Of a stretch of DNA of 18,758 nucleotides, positions 9,798-18,758 are shown piece after piece; position 1 is the stretch's first letter, and every line of letters begins with the position of its first letter. Under the pieces are notes generated by a model. It had not been told where the DNA came from. It saw only the letters and a list, made by a program, of their open reading frames with translations, and ran no database searches. The DNA lies in contig NW_021824384.1 in NCBI RefSeq assembly GCF_006345805.1, positions 1-18,758 on the forward strand, written 5' to 3'. The DNA is from Octopus sinensis (Eukaryota). Made by a program: the position numbers and the translations under genes.

Positions 9798-9970
9798 CTT
9801 AGCGATATTTCTTCCGATTTTACGTCCTGAGTTCAAATGTATCCAGGGCGTATTTTACTTTTCATTTTCTTGGGGTCGATATAATGAGTACCAGTTGAGT
9901 ACTGAAGTTGGTATGATCGACTAGCCACCCCTTTCCCGAAATTGCTGGCCTTGTACCAAAATCTGAAACC
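9796..9970 (+). mobile_element. 5'-truncated tRNA-type SINE
   Basis: TGCTTAGCGATATTTC...GAGTTCAAAT...GGGGTCGATATAATGAGTACCAGTTGAGTACTG...TGCTGGCCTTGTACCAAAATCTGAAACC; same tail as the 5938 copy. Confidence 0.82.
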
Positions 9971-10046
9971 AACATTTAGCCCTTCCTCCTACGATGTATA
10001 TTCGACCTTACCACTTGTTTAATTTTAATAATTAACAGTAACATAA

Positions 10047-10163
10047 GGCGGCGAGGTGGCGGAGTCGTTAGTATGCCGGTCAAAATGCTTAGCGGTATTT
10101 CGTCCGTCTTTACGTTCTGAGTTCACATTTTCTCCGAGGTTGATTGCCTTGCATCTTCTTGGC
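10047..10163 (+). mobile_element. 5' half of the same tRNA-type SINE
   Basis: GGCGGCGAGGTGGCGGAGTCGTTAG...AAATGCTTAGCGGTATTTCGTCCGTCTTTACGTTCTGAGTTCAC...CCGAGGTTGA. Confidence 0.8.
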
Positions 10164-10214
10164 TCACATAGTGTTAGCCGAGACCATAACAACCCAGGAA
10201 TATTTCGTCTACGT

Positions 10215-10587
10215 GGAGGCGCAATGGCTCAGTGGTTAGGGCAGCGGACTCCCTGTCGTAGGATCGCGGTTTCGATTCCCAGACCGGGCTTTGTGAGTGT
10301 TTATTGAGCGAAAACACCTAAAGCTCCACGAGGCTCCGGCAGGGGATGGTGGTGATCCCTGCTGTACTCTTTCACCACAACTTTCTCTCACTCTTACTTC
10401 CTGTTTCTGTTGTACCTGTATTTCAAAGGGCCGGCCTTGTCACTCTCTGTGTCACGCTGAATATCCCCGAGAACTACGTTAAGGGTACACGTGTCTGTGG
10501 AGTGCTCAGCCACTTACACGGGCAGGCTGTTCCGTTAATCGGATCAACCGGAACCCTCGTCGTCGTAACCGACGGAGTGCTTCCTTA
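10215..10587 (+). mobile_element. Distinct near full-length tRNA-derived SINE (resembles octopus tRNA-Arg-derived OR-type families) with 13-bp TSD
   Basis: A-box TGGCTCAGTGG (10225), B-box GGTTTCGATTCC (10268). TSD ATTTCGTCTACGT (10202-10214) vs ATTTCGTCTACAT (10588-10600). Family name is from memory and unverified. Confidence 0.88.
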
Positions 10588-11519
10588 ATTTCGTCTACAT
10601 ACAAAATTTCTTTGATAAATTACTCTGCACGTTCATAATATATAGAACTGACGCTATCATGCTTACGCACTTGAAATATAATCATCTCATAATGCACAAT
10701 ATACAAAGCTTGCTTGGCCAGACTTATGTACTTCACTGAATCAGCTTAACTATAAACTAATATATTATGAATACACTGAGCTAACTCGGCCATATTCGCA
10801 TACACAATCATTCTATCGTACTTTCTCTTTGATATTTTTTGGTTAATATATATACATTCATTTTAGTTTCTTCTTAGACTAAGTATCTGTCGCTATATTT
10901 TAGTTCATTGTTAGTGTTTTGGTACAGATATATTTTTTAGACGAATAGTGTGTTTATGTACGCGCTCGTGCATGTATGTATATATGTTATTAGATTATGT
11001 TTCATTTCTTTACGGATTCTCTAATCATTTCGTTTTCAATCGGAAGATTTAGAATCGATAAATTAAACGCTGAGATTACTGAATTTCTCAGGTCAATAAG
11101 TAAAGTGACGGTTTGGTTTTTGAGTGAGGCAGACGTTAGGATTATACGAACAAACATACACACTACCTACATACAACAAACATACACACATACATAACAC
11201 AACACAACCCACACATATATATACATATATATAATATAGATATTATATATACTATATATATATATATATATATATAAATGTGTGTGTATATGCATGAGTG
11301 TGTGTGTATATGCATATGTGTGTGTGTGTGTGTGTTTCTGTATGTCCTAGTAGAAATGCGGGTAACTAAGTAAATTACATGCAGACTCGTAGATTACGAA
11401 GTATTCTGTCAGCGATATTGAGTTGATACGACACAGATATAGTTCTAGTAACTGAAGTATACCTCCTTAATTCTCCCTCCACTTCCTTCTCCTCTTTCTG
11501 CCTGTCTGATATATATACG

Positions 11520-11591
<72 letters not shown>

Positions 11592-11971
11592 ATATATTAT
11601 GTCAGACAGGCAAAAAAAACGCACATACAGATTGCTTGTATGCATTGGTTTAGCTTAAAGTAATTTTATGTAAATACTTTTCAGTTCATCTGATAAGATT
11701 TTAAGTAAATCAGCCATCTTTCAAATACTTACCTCTATCTCTCCTTCTATCGTTATATTAACCACATAAGTCACACACACGCGCACACACACACACACAC
11801 ACACACACATGCACATGTTTCTGTCTGTGTGTAAGAAAAAAAAAAACAGACGGAGAGAATCGAGTTAGAAAACAGATCGATACACAGACATATGTATACA
11901 TGGATACTAAGTGGCTTGATAGCTAAACATACGTGCGTATTACAAAAGCATCTACATGGTTATATAGATGA

Positions 11972-12371
11972 CTAGCAGTATCGCCCGGCGTTGCTCGGGT
12001 TTGTAAGGGAAATAACTATATAAGCATTTTTAGAGAGTTATAGCCAAAAAATAGCAAAAAAATGCATTAAAAATGGAAAAAAAAATGATGGTAAATTTTT
12101 TTTTAAATCGTTGACTCATCGTAAACATTTTTAGAGAGTTACTTCCCTTATATAATAGCGAAAAAATGCATTAAAATGGAAAAAAATGATGGTAATTTTT
12201 TTTTTTAAATCGTAGACTCATCGTAGACGCGCGCTAATACCCAGAAGGGCTCGATATGAATTACGACTATAAGATACCCGGTTTTGGTTAAACTGCACCG
12301 CAAAATGTGGGAGTAGTTAGGAATCTAAATCGTAGGAGACAGACACACAACTTCACTTTTATATATAAAGA
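11972..12371 (-). mobile_element. Non-autonomous Helitron
   Basis: Minus strand starts TC (12371-12370), ends CTAG (11975-11972), carries hairpin CCCGAGCAACGCCGGG (11999-11984) just upstream of the 3' end, and sits between host A (12372) and T (11971) with no TSD. Internal ~100-bp direct repeat 12025-12123 / 12126-12225. Confidence 0.85.
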
Positions 12372-12634
12372 TATCTATTTGGGAGCAGCTGATGATTGAT
12401 TCACCGCGCTGGTACTCAGAGTTTACCACTACGTGTCGTCATCCAGGAGACGCCGTGCTGACAATGGAATGATAAAACACTGATTGGATCGTCTTTCATA
12501 GATCTAAATATGTCAGGTAAAGGATTGTGCCGTGTTCTAACGATGGATACTCGTTTGTTTACTTCTAATGTGTAAGAGACCACAGCTTTAGATTGTTCCT
12601 CGACTAAATGAACCATTTTGCTTGTATTTGAAAG

Positions 12635-12710
12635 GAGTCCAGCTTACCCGAAGAGAATAATCTATGAGTTCAAGGAGATGAAATCACGAACTTTATGTTC
12701 GATGATCTCG
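12635..12710 (+). other. Possible small internal exon
   Basis: Acceptor TTTTGCTTGTATTTGAAAG|, donor TCG|GTGAGT, one open frame (SPAYPKRIIYEFKEMKSRTLCSMIS). No recognisable protein. Confidence 0.2.
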
Positions 12711-13358
12711 GTGAGTGTTAAAGGAACTTGAATTTCTCAGATAAACACAAACTGCATCAACTGGTTCCGCGGGTATAGGTGGGTAGTCTGTACACGATAT
12801 TAAGACGGAGAGAAATCTTTTAAATTCCTATGCCGTTATTGTCTGCAAAGGTAGAATTATTTTTATATTTCGACCTAATTGAGTGTTATAATTATTTTTT
12901 GGATATCTAAAGCAAGAAAACAAATGTGATGTTACAACTATAATTGATTGTTAGTAAAAGTGAAAATACGTAAGATATACAAGATTCTCTACTTGAGGTT
13001 CGTTCCTAGATTGAACTTATGCGCACAATCGCCTGACATACACATATAGACTAATAAAACAATTGCTTGATATGCCTGTATACAGGAGTCATAAAACAAA
13101 CACACAGACACAACCTCAAGCGCACACACACTTGCGATAAAGACCTATTATAAGGAAACACGTATATATAGCCACCTAGATATGCGCACACATTAACTCA
13201 TATATTCACCATATCGTGAAACAGTCTCGATTCAGACAAAAACGGCTATTCACCATGCCAATGACCGACTTGAACTCGGTGCAAAGCTGAAATAAATCGG
13301 TAAATCATGGTACATGGGAACATACGGGAATACACTCACAGACACACAGACACACACA

Positions 13359-13451
13359 TATGTATGTGTATGTATGTATGTATGTATGTATGTATGTTTG
13401 TACGTATGTATGTATGTATGTATGTATGTATGTATGTATTTATGTATGTAC

Positions 13452-13482
<31 letters not shown>

Positions 13483-14425
13483 TGTATGTATGTATGTGTG
13501 TATGTATGTATGTATGTATGTATTTGTGTATGTATGTATGTATGTATTTATGTATGTATGTATGTATGTATGTATTTATGTATGTATGTATTTATGTATG
13601 TATGTATGTATGTATGTATGTATGTATTTATGTATGTAGTATGTATGTATGTATGTATGTATGTATTTATGTAGGTACGTTATGTGTATGTATGTATGTA
13701 TTTATGTATGTATGTATTTAGTATGTATGTATGTATGTATGTATGTATGTATGCATGTATGTATGTATGTATGTATGTATGTATGTATGTATGTATGTAT
13801 GTATGTATTTATGTATGTATGTATTTATGTATGTATGTATGTATGTATGTATGTATTTATGTATGTATGTATGTATGTATGTATTTATGTATGTATGTAT
13901 TTGTATGTATGTATGTATGTATGTATGTATGTATGTATTTATGTATGTATGTATGTATGTATGTATGTATGTATTTATGTATGTACGTATGTATGTATGT
14001 ATGTATGTATGTATTTATGTATGTATGTATTTATGTATGTATGTATGTATGTATGTATGTATGTATGTATGCATGTATGTATGTATGTATGTATTTATGT
14101 ATGTATGTATGTATGTATGTATTTATGTTATGTATGTATTTATGTATGTATGTATGTATGATGTATGTATGTATGATGCATGTATGTATGTATGTATGTT
14201 GTATGTATGCAGTATGTATGTCTGATTGATGTATGTATGTATGTATGTATGTATGTATTTATGTATGTATTATGATGTGTATGTATTGAGTTTGTATGTA
14301 TGTATGTATGTATGTATGTATGTATGTATGTATGTATGTGATGTATGTATTTATGTATGTATGTATGTATGTATGTATGCATGTATTTATGTTTGTATGT
14401 ATGTTTGTATGTATGTATGTATGAT
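13359..14425. repeat. ~1.07-kb (TATG)n microsatellite with TATT variants
   Basis: Direct reading. Confidence 0.97.
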
Positions 14426-14460
14426 GTTTGTATATATATATATACTAATATTTTTATATA

Positions 14461-14900
14461 CATACATACCTACATACATACATATACATAGTTGTATGTG
14501 TGTACATATATATTTATATACACACATACACGTATATATATATATACACACACACATATACATAGTTGTGTGTGTGTACATATATATATATATACACACA
14601 TACTCATATATATATACACACACATACATACATATACATAGTTGTGTGTGTACATATATATATATATACAGACACATACATATATACATACATACCTACA
14701 TACATACATATACATAGTTGTATGTGTGTACATATATATTTATATACACACATACACGTATATATATATATACACACTCATACATATACATAGTTGTGTG
14801 TGTGTACATATATATATATTATATATACAGACACACATATACATATATATATATATACACACACATACATACATATACATAGTTGTGTGTATGTACGTTT
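14461..14900. repeat. Higher-order ~76-bp repeat built from TA/CA microsatellites
   Basis: Anchor CATAGTTG at 14487, 14561, 14637, 14713, 14789, 14878. Confidence 0.85.
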
Positions 14901-15428
14901 AATGTATACGTACGTGAAGGAGCGTTCTTATGTTTAGAGATATCCGTGTGTATATTTATGATATAATAATTTCTTATTTGCCGAAATAATAACGGAGCTC
15001 TTGTTATTGACTTCATTCTTGCCATATCTGCGCCATTATCATCAAACGTTGCAAGCGCTGAACATCTGCTGCAACACTCACAACTTTCCAGAACGGTTCT
15101 ATACCAGTTCTTTAGTAAACAGAAGACATTTTATGTATTCTATATTTTATCTCTAAAAATACAAAGTGCAATGTCTCCTCCATCTCGATTTACATTTCTT
15201 AAATATCTCACGGCAGAGATAATTTTTTGCTACCCCGATCCGTCTATCTGTCTGCTGGTCTGCCTGTTAGCTTGTTGGTCTATCTGTCTGTATGACTCGC
15301 TTTCTCACTCCGTCTCTCTTTCTGTCTCCTTCTCTTTCTCTCCCTTTCTCCCCTCTCTCTCTCTGTGTACTCATACGCATAAATAGATAGACAGTCATGC
15401 ACATAAATATATAACGCGTATGTGTAAT

Positions 15429-15466
<38 letters not shown>

Positions 15467-15780
15467 CATAATACATATTTATATACATACACATTATATA
15501 TCTATATAAATATACGCATATATATATATATACTATATATATATACTATATATATATGCATATATATAAATAATTATATATATTTATATAATATATAAAT
15601 ATATATATAATCTATAATATATATATATATATGTATGTATATGTATGTGATCACATACACTCACACACACATGCACAAACATATACAACGGTAGTGTCGG
15701 TAGGCTTCGTCACACAGGCTATATATACAATTTAATCCCTAGTGTGTACGTTACTTTTCATATATATACACACATACATA

Positions 15781-15836
<56 letters not shown>

Positions 15837-16280
15837 ATATACATACACACACACAAACACTGCCACGCATTTACACCCTCTCATACATTTCACAAAACAC
15901 AGACACACTATGCACACATACGAACACGCACACACACACATGCACACACACATGCACACACATACACACTACACGCGCGCACAGAGACACGTACACATGT
16001 CGTCCGAGCTGTGTAATTTCTTAGAAAGTCAGCCATCTTTGAGTTAGGTTGTAGAGGACGGAGAAGTTTCTAGACACGTTGCAAGCAAGGGAGGAGACTT
16101 CGACATGGAGTGGAATTGACGATGTGCCTAAAGCAACAGGAGAGAGGATATACACGCTGAGTCTCCAGAGTCTGATAAGGAGTGTAGAATTATCATAATG
16201 TTTGGGAATATGCAGATACACACCCATTCGTTTACAAGTATGGACGTCTATCTGAGTGTGTGTGTGTGTGTGTTAATATA

Positions 16281-16326
<46 letters not shown>

Positions 16327-16497
16327 CGTATGCATGTATATATATATATACATATATATTTATGTATGTACGTATGCATGTATATATATATATATGTGTG
16401 TGTGTATGTGTCTATGTATATATACATACATATATATATATATACACGCACACATATATATATATGTATATATATATATATACATATATATGTGTGC

Positions 16498-16532
<35 letters not shown>

Positions 16533-16864
16533 ATTGCGTATGTAAATGTATATGTATGATAAGGTACGAACATATATATGTCTATGTGTTTGTTTCTGTC
16601 TATATGTATGTGTGTGTCTGTGTGTCTGTATGTATGCTTGTGCGGGTGTGTCTATGTATATGTTATAATATACCAAGTAGGCAAATATGGTTAATTTTCA
16701 ATAAGTTTATTTTTATCTAAATAGCGCATTCTTTGGAATATGATTGAAATGAGCTCACACAGACTCACACACTCATACACTCACACACACACACACACAC
16801 ACACATTCACATACACACATATGTACCCATATAAGCATACATTTTATTCATGCCTATACATCTG

Positions 16865-17138
16865 GGGAGAAAAAAAAGGGGTGGTAGGTTTTCAATCAAA
16901 AGGGATCGTAAAAAAAATAAACGAACAGTAGGGATCGTGTATCGTAGAAATGTCATGATGTAAAGTGTAAAGGGAGGAAACAGATAAGGTTTATCCGTTG
17001 AAAGAAAAGCCTACGGAAAATACCACGGTAACCTCGGTCAATAATCTCACATGTTAACACATTTATTTGCAAGTATGTAATTCTCTGTTATAAATTTTTT
17101 CCGGGTTCATAGGATTATGCTCAAAGTGACTTCGTCAT

Positions 17139-17139
<1 letters not shown>
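16865..17139 (-). mobile_element. Second, shorter copy of the Tx1 family (last ORF2 codons + most of 3' UTR)
   Basis: Reverse complement aligns to 8328-~8670: ATGACGAAGTCACTTTGAGCATAATCCTATGAACCC...ATTGACCGAGGTTACCGTGGT..TTTCCGTAGGCTTTTCTTTC...TACGATCCCTTTTGAT. Lacks the terminal ~60 nt of the first copy. Confidence 0.88.
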
Positions 17140-17226
<87 letters not shown>

Positions 17227-17254
17227 CAGAGAGAGAGAGAGAGAGAGAGAGAGG

Positions 17255-17286
<32 letters not shown>

Positions 17287-17382
17287 GCCAGACAGATAGA
17301 TAGATGATAGATAGATAGATAGAGAGATAGATAGATAGATAGATAGACAGACATACAGACAGAGAGATAGATAGATAGATAT

Positions 17383-17434
<52 letters not shown>

Positions 17435-17448
17435 GCAGACAGATGGAC

Positions 17449-17486
<38 letters not shown>

Positions 17487-17528
17487 CAGACAGACAGACG
17501 GACGGACGGACGGACGGACTGACGGACT
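17140..17528. repeat. Compound (GATA)n/(GACA)n/(GA)n/(GACG)n microsatellite
   Basis: Direct reading. Confidence 0.97.
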
Positions 17529-17593
17529 AACATGTTCTAACTGCAGTCACATCCAAGCTTTCCTATAGGTTTACAAATCTACAGACCTGAATT

Positions 17594-17751
17594 AAAATGG
17601 CAACTGAGTGGTTATTCAGCTGAGCGAGTAACAGCTTCCGGTCCGGAACTCAAATGTACATGAATTACCTGCTTTTATTAATTCTGTGCTCTTAATTCTC
17701 CAAACTACTATACTTCCGGTTGAAATGTTACCGGTAAAAGACCGCCATTTT
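17594..17751. promoter_or_regulatory. Candidate TATA-less, possibly bidirectional promoter (ETS + YY1 motifs)
   Basis: AAAATGGC (17594-17601), CTTCCGG-T-CCGGAA (17635-17648), ACTTCCGG (17712-17719), CCGCCATTTT (17742-17751) within 158 bp of unique sequence. Confidence 0.5.
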
Positions 17752-17894
17752 ATCCCGATGGAGTTTTGTTTTATATGTGTACAAATCTATTAGATTTAAA
17801 TTAAGGATTGATCGATATAAGTAGTAAGGGGATTCAGGGGTCAATTATGGCTACGTATTATGTAAATGCCTTTCGTTGTTTAGTTTATTCCGGT

Positions 17895-18068
17895 ATCATC
17901 ATCATCATCATCATCATCATCACCATCATCGCCAACATCGTGAACAAAGACGTTGAAATCACAGGCATTAGCAAAGCGATTGCCTTCGCTACCACCATCA
18001 CTGATATCAATATGAACCCTCTCAACAACACCATGACTACTACTACAACTACTGCTACTACAACTACA

Positions 18069-18124
<56 letters not shown>

Positions 18125-18449
18125 CACCATCAACACCTCACCACAATTACGATGAACTCCCTATCAACCTCATTTACCACAATGAGCACAACTGCTACTT
18201 TCACTATCACCACCACCACCACCACATTAACTCTATCATTACCACTGATACCATAAAAAGTACCACAAGCACCACCCCCATGATAAACAGCACCACTGCC
18301 GCCGCCATCATTATCATCGTAATCACCATCATCATCACCATCATCATCATCATCATCATCATCATCTTCTTCATCTTCATCATCATCATCATCATCATCT
18401 TCATCTTCATCATCTTCAACATCATCATCATCATCATCATCACAATCAC

Positions 18450-18481
<32 letters not shown>

Positions 18482-18758
18482 CAATCACCATCATCATCAT
18501 CATCATCATCAGCGCCATCTTCATCTTCATCATCATCACCATCTTCATCATCATCTTCATCATCATCGCTAACAGCAACACCTCTGCCACCAAGCCTTCC
18601 ACCGCCGCCATTAACACCACCACCACCAACAACAACAACAACAACAACATCAACACTACAAATACCCCCCTCCACCATCACCAACAACTACAACCACAGC
18701 AACAACGCAACCGGTACCACCATCGGTACCCCCCCCCACCTACCACCACCAAACCACC
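17895..18758. repeat. Compound (ATC)n/(ACT)n/(ACC)n/(AAC)n trinucleotide region
   Basis: Direct reading; interrupted by short degenerate stretches. Confidence 0.93.

Noticed and set aside
10215-10290. tRNA gene
   Set aside because: A/B boxes are present but continue into a SINE body with a TSD; it is a SINE head.
10997-11480. Short ORFs/possible exons at 10997-11197 (plus) and ~11380-11455 (minus)
   Set aside because: No recognisable homology and only weak splice signals.
13307-14902. Many overlapping MYVC/YIH ORFs
   Set aside because: Translations of TATG and TA/CA microsatellites.
16090-16185. Possible RTE C-terminal remnant ([20 protein letters not shown]) and a ~20-nt match CAGGAGAGA(C)GGATATACACG to 3180-3200
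   Set aside because: Too short and degenerate to call without alignment; it could be a fifth link to the 3.2-kb patchwork but is imperfect.
18130-18687. Acidic poly-D ORF resembling a biomineralisation or nucleolar protein
   Set aside because: Pure trinucleotide tract open in several frames; no supported splice or start context.

Overview
Eukaryotic, repeat-saturated non-coding DNA, probably an octopod cephalopod. That assignment is inferred from SINE families I recognise from memory plus the extreme microsatellite density. No intact protein-coding gene, RNA gene or CRISPR array is supportable, and nearly all long ORFs in the track are microsatellite read-throughs. The window holds fragments of four non-LTR retrotransposon clades (CR1 at 1-2148 minus; RTE at 4705-5925 plus; Tx1/L1 at 7544-8750 plus and 16865-17139 minus; an R4/Dong-like 3' end at 9657-9797 minus). 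It also holds seven tRNA-type SINE copies or fragments, a non-autonomous Helitron with canonical termini, a 55-bp minisatellite and many microsatellites. Best leads: (1) a Tx1 element sitting in (TATC)n repeats whose last ~50 nt are shared (37/47 aligned nt) with the tail of a dimeric SINE, i.e. a candidate Tx1-SINE partnership; (2) a 204-bp patchwork at 3209-3412 built entirely from four templates elsewhere in this window, one 12 kb away and inverted; (3) a compact ETS/YY1 motif cluster at 17594-17751 resembling a bidirectional housekeeping promoter. All alignments and translations were done by eye.
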